The position numbers were made by a program, and so were the translations under genes. A stretch of DNA of 64,000 nt from assembly GCA_963664705.1 (NCBI GenBank), contig OY761556.1, positions 1,120,001 to 1,184,000 on the forward strand, read 5' to 3'. How positions within the stretch are numbered: the stretch's first letter is position 1; every line of letters begins with the position of its first letter. Below are positions 19,834-29,037 of the stretch, piece after piece. This DNA is from Acidobacteriota bacterium. Lineage in GTDB: Bacteria; Acidobacteriota; UBA6911. The notes beneath the pieces were generated by a model, which worked only from the letters and a program-made list of their open reading frames with translations, was not told the origin of the DNA and did not search any database.

Positions 19834-20739
19834 TTATTTTGCCGTTGGAGTTGCGCCGTGGACTCTCTCGATTTGTCTCCGGGCACCCAGCAATGCATCG
19901 ATGCGGGCTTGTCCGACTTCCAGGAACTTGCCGACCACGATGGAATGGGCATCGGCGGGCAGCTTTCTATAATCGATGTCGGTAAGGAACTTCCCGACCG
20001 TGCTTCGTATCACCTTTTGCTTGTCTCGCTCTCCGGCAAAGCACACAACGGCAACCGGAGTATTCGCGGGATAATGTCGCCTGAGTTGCTCAAAAAGCCG
20101 TGGATAGTTCAGCCCCATGGTGTAAATCATCATGCTTGTTTGCGTTGCCATCAGCTTTTCGTTTAAGTCTTTCCGACCGGGGAAATCGTCCATTGTCACG
20201 ATGACTGAATTTGTGTCATACCCAAATACCGGACTCATCTTGACGGCTGCCGTGACGGAATTGAAAGCTCCAATTCCAGGGATGATCTCTGAGGGGAAGT
20301 CCCGCGGAAGCATTTCGAGATAAAATGTGGTGCCGTACACCAGGGCATCGCCACCCTCCAATGCAGCCACAATTTTTCCGGCTTCCACCGCCTTTAGGAT
20401 TCTCTCAACGGCTTCCTTCCGGTGCTTGGCATTGCTTGTCACAATGGCCCGGATGTCGGGATCTTCAACCTTTTGGGGATCCAGTCCATACCCCACACGT
20501 GCGCCATGCGGGCAGTAGATTACTTCCTTGTTCCCAATAAACTCTTTCCAGTAATCCTTTTCCGAGGGCTGTTCCAGCAGGATGATATCCGCGCTTTTGA
20601 TGGCTTCCACTCCGCGAATCGTAATAAGGTCCGGGGCCGTCCCCATTCCTACAATGTAAAATTTGCCTTGTGCCGCCCAGGTGGTCTGCAGACTCAGGAG
20701 AATGATGAAAAGGCCGACATACTTCGGTAACAGATGCAT
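19834..20739 (-). CDS. Tetrapyrrole (corrin/porphyrin) methyltransferase family protein with N-terminal signal peptide
   Basis: GKFYIVGMGTAPDLITIRGVEAIKSADII, GGDALVYG, IIPGIGAF and YPANTPVAVV resemble CobM/CobA-class enzymes; preceded by MHLLPKYVGLFIILLSLQTTWA. Confidence 0.82.
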   Translation of the reverse strand: MHLLPKYVGLFIILLSLQTTWAAQGKFYIVGMGTAPDLITIRGVEAIKSADIILLEQPSEKDYWKEFIGNKEVIYCPHGARVGYGLDPQKVEDPDIRAIVTSNAKHRKEAVERILKAVEAGKIVAALEGGDALVYGTTFYLEMLPRDFPSEIIPGIGAFNSVTAAVKMSPVFGYDTNSVIVTMDDFPGRKDLNEKLMATQTSMMIYTMGLNYPRLFEQLRRHYPANTPVAVVCFAGERDKQKVIRSTVGKFLTDIDYRKLPADAHSIVVGKFLEVGQARIDALLGARRQIERVHGATPTAK

Positions 20740-20996
20740 GGTTTTGATCCTTTCACTTTAGTGGATATGCGCGTGGGTTGATTTGAAAGGTAATAATAAA
20801 CAGACAGTGGTGCGTAAAGTATACACATTGCGATGTGTGTTATACACGACTAGTGAAAGTGATACAAGACTTATGACGGGTTGGGCTCGAAGAGGAGGCT
20901 GTGCGGGAGGGAGCAGGGCAAGCAGGAAGTCAGATGCAGACGGCTCTTTTGGGCCGCAGCGAACGCAGTGGTTGGCGGCGGAATACGGATCGAAAC

Positions 20997-22118
20997 TCAG
21001 ACAAGCCGGTTGCCGGCGATCTTGGTGTCGTAGCCGCCCATTCCCTCGAGTTCCCGTCGAAACGCGCTGCGGCCAAGGGTGTCCAGTAGAACCTGTACCG
21101 CGGGATGGGTCAGGTTTTCGTGCTGGACGACCAGATCGTAGCGCTCGCTTTCCAGTGGAATGAAATCGAGCCCGAATACACATGCGGCTGTTTTTGTTGC
21201 CAGGCAACAATCGGCATCGCCATTCTTCACTTTCCAGGCTGCGGGAAGGTGACCGGGGGCTATATCCTCATACCCCTTTACGGCCTTGGGGACGATACCG
21301 GCGCGGCGCAGGTGCATATCGAGAAGGTTGCGGCTGCCCGATCCGGGCTCACGATTAACCAGTACCACATTCCTGCGAGTCAGGTCATCAATTCCTCTGA
21401 TTCCCTTGGGATTGCCGCGTGCGATAACGATGCCCTGTTCCCAGATGGCATAGGAAACAACCGCCACGGTATCTTTGGGGAACTGTTTCCGGATAGCCGG
21501 GAGATTGGATTCCCCGGTGGCTTCGTCCCGCAGGTGTGAGCCGGCTACATGAACCATGGAGTGCTTCAGCAGATCCAGAGATTGCGAACTGTTGCGGTAG
21601 GCGACGACCGCTTCAACTCCTTCGCGCTGAAGATGACGCAGAAGAACCGAGATGCCGGGGTCGCAACCGGCGATCAGCAGCCTTTTTCTGAACTGTTTTT
21701 CTTCATTCTGAAAAAGCTGCACGCTGGCCTGACCCGGCTTTTTCCCCGATCCGATCAAGACTCCATCAGCCGGAGGGAGGCTCCAGGCAATTGGAGAAGG
21801 AAGGACGGCAACGAGCCTGTCATCGACTTCACAGAGTTGCACCGGCAGCCCCGGCTGAGCTTCCTGCCCGGTCGGGAGGAGATCCGCTGTTTGCATGCCG
21901 GCGGGTGCCTCCGGATCCTCCAGCCGGAACAGGTCTTCCACCTTAACTTCGAGAAGTTGCGCCAATTTGAGTGCCAGGAGAGTATTCGGGACGTAGGTTC
22001 CCGTTTCCATTGCATAGATCGTCTGACGGCTTACCCCAATCTTTTTTGCCATTTCGATTGCAGTTAGACCGCGTTTGGCCCTGAATTGCGCAAGGAAGTT
22101 CTGAACAGCCATTGTCAC
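20997..22118 (-). CDS. XRE-type HTH transcriptional regulator with C-terminal PBP-like (putative molybdate/tungstate-sensing) domain
   Basis: N-terminal HTH (EMAKKIGVSRQTIYAMETG..PN); AGSHL; GNPKGI; VNREPGSGSR; FIPL..ERYD; divergent from modABC. Confidence 0.85.
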   Translation of the reverse strand: MTMAVQNFLAQFRAKRGLTAIEMAKKIGVSRQTIYAMETGTYVPNTLLALKLAQLLEVKVEDLFRLEDPEAPAGMQTADLLPTGQEAQPGLPVQLCEVDDRLVAVLPSPIAWSLPPADGVLIGSGKKPGQASVQLFQNEEKQFRKRLLIAGCDPGISVLLRHLQREGVEAVVAYRNSSQSLDLLKHSMVHVAGSHLRDEATGESNLPAIRKQFPKDTVAVVSYAIWEQGIVIARGNPKGIRGIDDLTRRNVVLVNREPGSGSRNLLDMHLRRAGIVPKAVKGYEDIAPGHLPAAWKVKNGDADCCLATKTAACVFGLDFIPLESERYDLVVQHENLTHPAVQVLLDTLGRSAFRRELEGMGGYDTKIAGNRLV

Positions 22119-22320
22119 CCCATTTGCCGTGCATTTATAAATAACTTCAACAGCCCTTTAAGGTCATGTTATCACGACAATTGCGGGCTCGCCAGCCTGG
22201 GTTGCATAAAGCGAAGAGCGGAACAGCCTAAAACTGACGTCCGGTTACAATAAACGTTTACACTGTCCTCTTAGCATGACAATATATTCAGGATTTGGAT
22301 CTGGGGACTGGAGGCTCAGG

Positions 22321-23100
22321 ATGTTTCGGCGCTGCATGGTGGTCTCTGCGATACTTGTTCTCACGGTTCTTTTTCTGGCCATGAATATTCCTTCCGCCCC
22401 AAAGGAGAGGGAAATCCTGGTTTCCGCGGCGATCAGCCTTAAAGAGGCCTTTATCGAGATTGCTTCCCTTTACGAACAACAGACAGGGGACCGGGTGCGC
22501 TTTAACTTCGGGGCTTCCGGATTGCTGCAGAAACAGGTGGAAAGTGGAGCGCCCGTGGATGTGTTTGCCAGTGCCGGCGAAAAACAGATGGATGAGCTGC
22601 AGGCCCGGGATTTGATTATTCGTGAAAGCCGGCGCGATTTTACCGGCAACACGCTTGTGCTGATCAAGCCCGCTTCCTCGAGGGTAATCCTCCAATCCTG
22701 GGCAGATCTCTCGCGGACAGAAGTCGGACGGGTTGCAATTGGCAGTCCCAAAACGGTGCCAGCCGGGCAGTATGCAGCGGAAGCGTTGAGGAATTTGCGG
22801 CTTTGGGAATCCATTCAGCCTCGGCTGGTTTTTGCGGAAAACGTGCGCCAGGTGCTCGATTATGTTGTCCGAGGCGAGGTTGATGCGGGGATGGTTTATG
22901 AATCGGACATGGCGGGTGCGTCCGGTGGGGTTGTCATTGCTGCCCGGGCGCCGCAAGGTTCGTATTCACCGATCCGCTATCCCATCGCGGTGGTAAGACA
23001 AAGTGAAAAGGTAAACGACTCTCGGCGTTTTATCGACATAGTCCTCAGCCGCGCCGGCCAAAATATTCTAAAAAAATACGGTTTTCCTGGCTCCCGGTAA
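22321..23100 (+). CDS. modA: Molybdate ABC transporter substrate-binding protein
   Basis: SAAISL, FGASG.L..Q...GAPVDVFASA, VPAGQYA, NVRQVL; GGAGG RBS. Confidence 0.93.
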   Translation: MFRRCMVVSAILVLTVLFLAMNIPSAPKEREILVSAAISLKEAFIEIASLYEQQTGDRVRFNFGASGLLQKQVESGAPVDVFASAGEKQMDELQARDLIIRESRRDFTGNTLVLIKPASSRVILQSWADLSRTEVGRVAIGSPKTVPAGQYAAEALRNLRLWESIQPRLVFAENVRQVLDYVVRGEVDAGMVYESDMAGASGGVVIAARAPQGSYSPIRYPIAVVRQSEKVNDSRRFIDIVLSRAGQNILKKYGFPGSR

Positions 23101-23103
23101 TTC

Positions 23104-23766
23104 ATGATCTGGCCCGCACTCAAACTTTCACTGCTGGTAGTCAGCTTGGCCACCCTGGTGATTAGTGTGGCTGGCACTGCCCTGGGCTTTTTATTCGCAA
23201 AACGGTCTTTTCGCGGCAAGGATCTATTGGATGCCGTTCTCACCCTGCCCATGGTTTTGCCTCCGACCGTGACCGGCTACTACCTAATTCTACTGCTGGG
23301 AAGGAGGGGCTTGCTGGGGAAACCTTTATACCACCTGACAGGGTGGAGCATAAGCTTTACCTGGATTGCCGCCGTCATTGCGACCACCGTGGTCGCGCTT
23401 CCACTGATGATCAAGTCAGCCCGGGCAGCCATAGAAAGCGTGAACCCAGACTTTGAAGTGGCCTCCTTCCTTATGGGCAAGAGCGAATTTGAAACATTTT
23501 TTCGGATTACGCTTCCCCTGGCGAGTCGCGGAATTCTCGCCGGCGTCGTTTTAAGCTTTGCCCGGGCTTTTGGCGAATTTGGCGCAACTCTGATGCTTGC
23601 GGGCAATATTCCTGGCAGAACCCAAACCATGCCTTTGGCCATTTACGAGGCGGTCGTGGCCGGGGAGGATGCACAGGCTAAATGGATGGCGCTGATTCTG
23701 ACCGGCATTTCGATTTCTGTGGTTTATGCAACAAACAGACTGTCTCGTCCAAAGGGGAGAGTCTAG
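23104..23766 (+). CDS. modB: Molybdate ABC transporter permease
   Basis: LPMVLPPTVTGY, FARAFGEFGAT, GNIPGRTQTMPLAIY. Confidence 0.95.
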   Translation: MIWPALKLSLLVVSLATLVISVAGTALGFLFAKRSFRGKDLLDAVLTLPMVLPPTVTGYYLILLLGRRGLLGKPLYHLTGWSISFTWIAAVIATTVVALPLMIKSARAAIESVNPDFEVASFLMGKSEFETFFRITLPLASRGILAGVVLSFARAFGEFGATLMLAGNIPGRTQTMPLAIYEAVVAGEDAQAKWMALILTGISISVVYATNRLSRPKGRV

Positions 23767-23770
23767 CCCT

Positions 23771-24856
23771 ATGCTGGATGCCCGGATAATAAAACAGCTT
23801 GGTGCGAACCATGCGCACGCATTGACTGTGGATGTGACCCTGTGCCTTCCGCGGGGAGTATCGGTTCTATTTGGGTCATCGGGCGCAGGGAAGACGAGCA
23901 TTCTTCGCGCGATCGCAGGGATAATTGTGCCGGATGAAGGGCGAATCTCGCTCGGCGACAGGATATTTTTCGATTCAGCCGCCGGCATTAATATGCCGAT
24001 GCAGCAGCGAAAAATCGGCTACGTATTTCAGCATCACACCCTTTTCCCTCACATGACGGCGGAACAGAACGCACTCTACGGAATCGATGCGAATTTCCGG
24101 CTTTCCGCCCGGGAACGGGTCAGGGAACTCTTTGATGCGCTCGCAATCCCGCATACCCGTGCCCGCTATCCCCATGAACTGTCCGGCGGAGAACAACAGC
24201 GAGTTGCTTTGGCGCGGGCATTGGCCTCAGATCCCGACATAATGCTGTTGGATGAGCCATTATCTGCCGTTGATGTTGCCACCCGTACGCGCCTGCTTGA
24301 GGCAATAGCCTCCATTCAACAGAAATCCGGGATTCCCTTCCTGTATGTGACCCACAACCCCAGCGAGGCGGTAAGACTGGGAAGCAACATGCTGGTTATC
24401 GATGGAGGCAAAGTTGTCCAGGAAGGGTCGCCGCTCGAGATTTTCAACGCTCCCAGGACCGCGCCGGTTGCCAGCGTCGTCGGTACCGAAAATGTTTTTG
24501 TGGGCAAAATCCTGCACCATCAGACGGAGGGTGGGATTACCATGATCGAGGCCGGAACCTGTCAAATTGAGCTCCCGTACAATGGCATGCCGGTCGGTAC
24601 GCGAGTAACTGTCGGTGTTCGCTCCGAGGATATCATTATATCGCGGGAGCACCTTACCCAGACCAGTGCCCGGAATGTGCTGCTGGGAAAAATCAGGAGT
24701 ATCCTCACCAATGTGGATAGCGCCGAAATTGTTGCCGACTGCGGCATTGATTTTAAAGTAAGCGTGACGAAAGCAGCCGTGCAGAAACTGAATTTGAACG
24801 AAGGCACCGAGATATACCTTTTGATTAAGGCCAGGGCCCTTCACGTGCTCGCCTGA
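23771..24856 (+). CDS. modC: Molybdate ABC transporter ATP-binding protein with TOBE domains
   Basis: Walker A GSSGAGKT, LSGGEQQRV, LLDEP, C-terminal SARN TOBE motif. Confidence 0.93.
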   Translation: MLDARIIKQLGANHAHALTVDVTLCLPRGVSVLFGSSGAGKTSILRAIAGIIVPDEGRISLGDRIFFDSAAGINMPMQQRKIGYVFQHHTLFPHMTAEQNALYGIDANFRLSARERVRELFDALAIPHTRARYPHELSGGEQQRVALARALASDPDIMLLDEPLSAVDVATRTRLLEAIASIQQKSGIPFLYVTHNPSEAVRLGSNMLVIDGGKVVQEGSPLEIFNAPRTAPVASVVGTENVFVGKILHHQTEGGITMIEAGTCQIELPYNGMPVGTRVTVGVRSEDIIISREHLTQTSARNVLLGKIRSILTNVDSAEIVADCGIDFKVSVTKAAVQKLNLNEGTEIYLLIKARALHVLA

Positions 24857-24884
24857 GCTTTCCAACCCGCGGTAAATAAATTAT

Positions 24885-24923
24885 TATCTTGTTATACAAG
24901 TCAATGTCTTGTATAACAAGATA
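24885..24923. promoter_or_regulatory. Perfect 16-bp inverted repeat made of two GntR-like boxes (or AT-rich hairpin)
   Basis: TATCTTGTTATACAAG-tcaatgt-CTTGTATAACAAGATA; each arm is itself a near-palindrome CTTGT-N3-ACAAG. Confidence 0.55.
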
Positions 24924-25234
24924 GTTATTTGAAGCTACCCCCAGTATTTACACCTGTCTCGTATGTTGGCGGCAGATATCATTCATCGTACCTGCCGCCT
25001 TGACTCGCTTGAGACAATCCAATCCACTCTTACTTCATCTTGTCCGTGCGTGATACGCGCAAGGCTCTCTTCAAAATGCAGGAATTCTCACAAGCTTGAT
25101 ATTGCAGAACTCGCGCAAGCCTTCTTTCTTTCTGTTCCCGCACAGCATTTGGCCGTACAATCCAAGGTTTGCGAAATGCTGCGGAGAGCACGCAAACGGA
25201 TCAAGCATTACAGGAGTTTTTTGCAGAGGGGACA

Positions 25235-26182
25235 ATGATGACATCCCGGTCGGGCACTGACAGGGTGGTTCCAGGTTTGGCTCTGGACCAGTATCGTCAA
25301 CAGATCAGGCTGGACGAACTCTGTCAAAATGAATCCGGAAGCCTGCTGTCCGACGCGGAAAAGGCCGCTATTGTTGCCCGCCTGCTCGACCGATTGATCA
25401 GAGGCGAGCATTTGACCGATATCGGAAAACTTCCGGCGGACTATGAACGCCGGCGGCTGCTGCTGCGGGCATTGCTGAATGTCCGCCCCCCGCGACCTCT
25501 CGATAGCGGCTTTGTCGGGGACCTGGATCGGTTATTGCAGGATGAGACAAACCGCAGTGGGATTGTGGACAGCGGCACTCTGCCCTTTGTCTCGGATATT
25601 CTGTCGCCGCACAACCCGGCTAAAATGGATCGGCTTGTTTTGTGGAAGGGAGATATTTCGCGGTTGCGAGTTGATGCAATCGTCAATGCCGCCAACGATC
25701 AGCTGCTGGGCTGCTTTCAACCATTGCACAACTGCATTGATAACATTATCCAAAGTGCCGCCGGCCCCATTCTTCGTCAGGACTGTCAAACGATCATGGA
25801 AATCCAGCGACATCGGGAGCGGACCGGCGATGCCAAAATTACCCGTGCCTACAACCTCCCTTCGAAATTCGTTCTGCATACGGTAGGTCCTATCATCGGC
25901 ATCGAGGGGGTGAGTGATTTTCAGCGACTTCAGTTAGCCTCCTGCTATCGCAGTTGCCTTGCCGTGGCGGATCAGCTGCCCGGTATCAGGTCCATTGCAT
26001 TTCCCTGCATATCCACAGGCGTTTTCAATTTTCCCAGGGAAATGGCCACGGGGATTGCCATTCAGGCCGTGAGCGAATGGCTTGACGGCAATCGGCATCA
26101 TTTTGAACGTGTGATTTTTAATGTGTATCTTCAGGAGGATTTGGATGGGTATACCCAGGCCTTCCAGCGCAGAAACGATTGA
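25235..26182 (+). CDS. Zinc-containing macrodomain protein-ADP-ribose hydrolase (SirTM-associated)
   Basis: LRALLNVRPP N-terminal extension; GDIS; DAIVNAAN; CFQPLHNCID zinc loop; HTVGP; FPCISTGVF. Confidence 0.9.
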   Translation: MMTSRSGTDRVVPGLALDQYRQQIRLDELCQNESGSLLSDAEKAAIVARLLDRLIRGEHLTDIGKLPADYERRRLLLRALLNVRPPRPLDSGFVGDLDRLLQDETNRSGIVDSGTLPFVSDILSPHNPAKMDRLVLWKGDISRLRVDAIVNAANDQLLGCFQPLHNCIDNIIQSAAGPILRQDCQTIMEIQRHRERTGDAKITRAYNLPSKFVLHTVGPIIGIEGVSDFQRLQLASCYRSCLAVADQLPGIRSIAFPCISTGVFNFPREMATGIAIQAVSEWLDGNRHHFERVIFNVYLQEDLDGYTQAFQRRND

Positions 26183-27038
26183 AGACATTGCCCGGGCGAT
26201 TCGCGGGAGTGAGCGCGTGCTCATTGGCGCCGGCGCAGGACTGTCGGCTGCCGCCGGCATCGATTATACCGATACCGTTGCCTTCGCCAGGGTTTTTCCT
26301 CAATGGGCCGAAAGAGGGCATCGCATGCAGTATGAATTCGTCGGAGTCCATGACTGGTCGGAACCGGCGAAATGGGCCTACTGGGCAACTCACCTCAATT
26401 ATGTTTTTTATCAATTTCCACCAAGCCCGCTCTATCGCAAGCTACATGCTATTATCCAGGATAAAGATTTTTATGTCATAACCTCCAACGCCGATGGATT
26501 ATTTATAAAGAGTGGGTTTGAGCCGGATCGGGTATTCCAGGCTCAGGGCAATTATGAGCGTTTACGGTGCACCATGTCCTGCACATCGCAGACCTGGGAT
26601 ACCAAGCCTTTTATCGATCGCATTCTTCCGCATATCGATTATGAAACCCTGCAGGTGGCAGATCCCGCGGTTCTGCCCACCTGTCCCCATTGCGGGGCCC
26701 CCTTGTTTGTAGCCTTCCGGGGGAGAGAGGAATATGCGCAACAGGCTGCGAATTATCAGCGCTGGCTGAGGGAAACGCTGGACAAAAAACTGGTGGTGAT
26801 GGAGATCGGCGTTGGATTCAATACCCCCGGCGTGATCCGCTGGCCCTTTGAGCGGCTGGTGAATATCCACGGGGATGTCTCGTTTATTCGAATCAATGGG
26901 GATTATCGAGACTTCGCCAATACGGCCCGGCCTGAAATTCCAAATGAGATCAAAGCCAAATCAATATCTGTAAATGCCGATGCCGGGGAAGTTATCGAAT
27001 CCGTGTATCGCCGGCTGAAGGGCGAGACTTCCTGTTGA
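26145..27038 (+). CDS. Class M sirtuin (SirTM-like mono-ADP-ribosyltransferase)
   Basis: IGAGAGLSAAAG; TSNADG; QAQG with Gln in place of the catalytic His; CxxxC/CxxC; EIGVGFNTPGVIRWPFE. AGGAGG RBS; overlaps the macro gene end. Confidence 0.88.
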   Translation: MGIPRPSSAETIEDIARAIRGSERVLIGAGAGLSAAAGIDYTDTVAFARVFPQWAERGHRMQYEFVGVHDWSEPAKWAYWATHLNYVFYQFPPSPLYRKLHAIIQDKDFYVITSNADGLFIKSGFEPDRVFQAQGNYERLRCTMSCTSQTWDTKPFIDRILPHIDYETLQVADPAVLPTCPHCGAPLFVAFRGREEYAQQAANYQRWLRETLDKKLVVMEIGVGFNTPGVIRWPFERLVNIHGDVSFIRINGDYRDFANTARPEIPNEIKAKSISVNADAGEVIESVYRRLKGETSC

Positions 27039-27145
27039 GATAATCCCCAAAGCCGGCTCTCCCGGTAAATTCATGCTTAAACAATAATGGCAGCAGGGGC
27101 GATCCGACCTCGCTGTCGTTAGGTCGGGCAGGTTGTTGGCGACTC

Positions 27146-28669
27146 TCAGGCCACGCCGACAGCCTCCAATTCACGCGCAAGCATGGATCCCAATCCCAGT
27201 ATGGAATCGACGCGGCCGCGGACCTGCCTCAGCAACGGCAAATCCTTGATCAGATCTTGTCCGTGAGAAGGGACCGCTTTTTTCAAGTTTGCTTGAAATT
27301 GCGCTTCCTTTGCCCGGTCCGGGAAGCAGCGAAGCACTACTGCAAGCATGGTATCCACAGCGGTGGATGCCCCCGGCGATGCGCCCAGCAGAGCAGCCAG
27401 CGAACCATCGGCGGATGTGACCAGTTCGGTGCCGAATTCCAGTGTTCCGATCCGCTTCGGGTCCCGCTTGATAATCTGCACTCTTTGACCGGCTATGGCC
27501 AATTCCCAATCCGCTCCTTCCACACCCGGCAAATAGTCCTTAAGAGACTCGATCCGTTGCGACTGCGACTGTAGGGCCTGGCGGATCAGATAGCTGTGCA
27601 AATCCAAGTTATTCATGGCCACGGCCAGCATGGGGCCCAGGTTGTGTGGCCGAAGCGACTTGAATAGATCCAGGTTGGAGCCCTGTTTCAGGTATTTTGT
27701 CGTGAAACCGGCAAACGGCCCAAACAGCAGAGCCTTGCTTCCTTTCCAATAGCGAGTATCCAGGTGAGGCACCGACATGGGAGGAGCTCCGAGCGCAGCC
27801 TTCCCGTAGACTTTCGCTGCGTGCCTGGCGATAACCGCTTCGTTCTTGCAGACCAGCCACTGGCCGCTGACGGGGAAGCCTCCATAGCCACGGGCTTCCG
27901 GGATCCCGGATTTCTGCAGCAATGGCAGCGTTCCTCCCCCAGCGCCAAGAAATACGAATTCAGCTTTGGCTTCGATCTCCTCGCCGGTCACTACATCTTT
28001 TACCTGCAGCCGCCAACTGCCCTCGGGATCCCGCTCCAGGCCATGGACTTCATGATTGAGCAGAATTTCCAGTCCGGCGTGATGGTGTAAGCCGCCCAAT
28101 AGGGCTTTGGTCAGTTCGCCGAAATCGATATCGGTTCCCCGGTTGACGCGGGTTGCGGCCAGGATCTCGTCTTTGCGTCTGCCTTCCATTACCAGCGGCA
28201 TCCATTCGAGCAGGCGCCGCGAATCATCGCTGAATTCCATGCCGCCGAACATGGGGTGCGCCCCAAGCCGTTCATATCGGGTATGCAGGAAATCGTGGCT
28301 CTCGGCTCCCCAGACAAAGGAGATTTGCGGTACCGGGTTGAGGAAGAGCCGTGGATCCGTCAGATCTCCCAGTTCGACCAGCCTGGACCAAAACTGCAGC
28401 GAGACCTCAAAGGCTGCATTTATTTTCAGCGCTTTTTTGATATCGACGCTTCCATCGGGTTCCTGCGGGGTGTAGTTCAATTCGCAGTTGCCGGCGTGTC
28501 CGGTTCCCGCATTGTTCATGGATTGGCTGCTCTCAAAGGCAATGCTCTGCAATCGCTCGAAAACGGTAATGGTCAGATCGGGCATCAGCATCTTCATCAG
28601 GCTGCCCAGTGTAGCGCTCATGATTCCGCCGCCAACCAATGCCACATTGCTACGCAGATGCTTGCTCAT
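27146..28669 (-). CDS. mqo: Malate:quinone oxidoreductase
   Basis: GGGIMSATL, NNAGTGH..CELNYTP, GAPPMSVPHLDTR, AGQRVQIIK, LLGASPGAST. Confidence 0.96.
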   Translation of the reverse strand: MSKHLRSNVALVGGGIMSATLGSLMKMLMPDLTITVFERLQSIAFESSQSMNNAGTGHAGNCELNYTPQEPDGSVDIKKALKINAAFEVSLQFWSRLVELGDLTDPRLFLNPVPQISFVWGAESHDFLHTRYERLGAHPMFGGMEFSDDSRRLLEWMPLVMEGRRKDEILAATRVNRGTDIDFGELTKALLGGLHHHAGLEILLNHEVHGLERDPEGSWRLQVKDVVTGEEIEAKAEFVFLGAGGGTLPLLQKSGIPEARGYGGFPVSGQWLVCKNEAVIARHAAKVYGKAALGAPPMSVPHLDTRYWKGSKALLFGPFAGFTTKYLKQGSNLDLFKSLRPHNLGPMLAVAMNNLDLHSYLIRQALQSQSQRIESLKDYLPGVEGADWELAIAGQRVQIIKRDPKRIGTLEFGTELVTSADGSLAALLGASPGASTAVDTMLAVVLRCFPDRAKEAQFQANLKKAVPSHGQDLIKDLPLLRQVRGRVDSILGLGSMLARELEAVGVA

Positions 28670-28963
28670 CTCTATCTCTCCAGTGCCAATTGAAGTCCCG
28701 CACTCCCATGAATCCGGACATCAATTATTTAAGTGCCCGGCTGATCGTGGATACCTGCTAATGCATCCATACTAGTATATATAGTATCGGCAGCTGGGAT
28801 TTCCTTGATGTGGATCAAAATTTCCTTTTTTTGCCTTTTGTACCAGAGAAGGGAGGGCTGGAAATTCCCAGGAGGGAGGCCTGGAAATCGAAAGAAGGAT
28901 GGAACGCGGATACCGGCGATAACGGGAGCTGAAAAATACGGCAGTGTGGCGAAGCCCGGGGGC

Positions 28964-29008
28964 ATGGGCCGCCTGTGCCCAATTTGGAGCGATGCCAAGG
29001 CGGCCCAT
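28964..29008 (-). terminator. Hairpin downstream of methyltransferase paralog 1
   Basis: ATGGGCCGCCT / AGGCGGCCCAT 11-bp inverted repeat, 30 bp after the stop. Confidence 0.4.
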
Positions 29009-29037
29009 ATTGTATCGGCGGTCTTGCTAACAGGACA

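Noticed and set aside
22120-22320. Moco riboswitch or ModE box upstream of modA
   Set aside because: Neither consensus is recognisable; a local regulator explains control.
24963-25238. 91-aa ORF upstream of the macrodomain gene as a possible GcvH-L
   Set aside because: No lipoyl-domain motif, no clear RBS and atypical composition.
25235-27038. Thoeris or other anti-phage Sir2/Macro defence system
   Set aside because: Motifs match the SirTM/Zn-macro class; there is no TIR, SLOG or other defence gene nearby.
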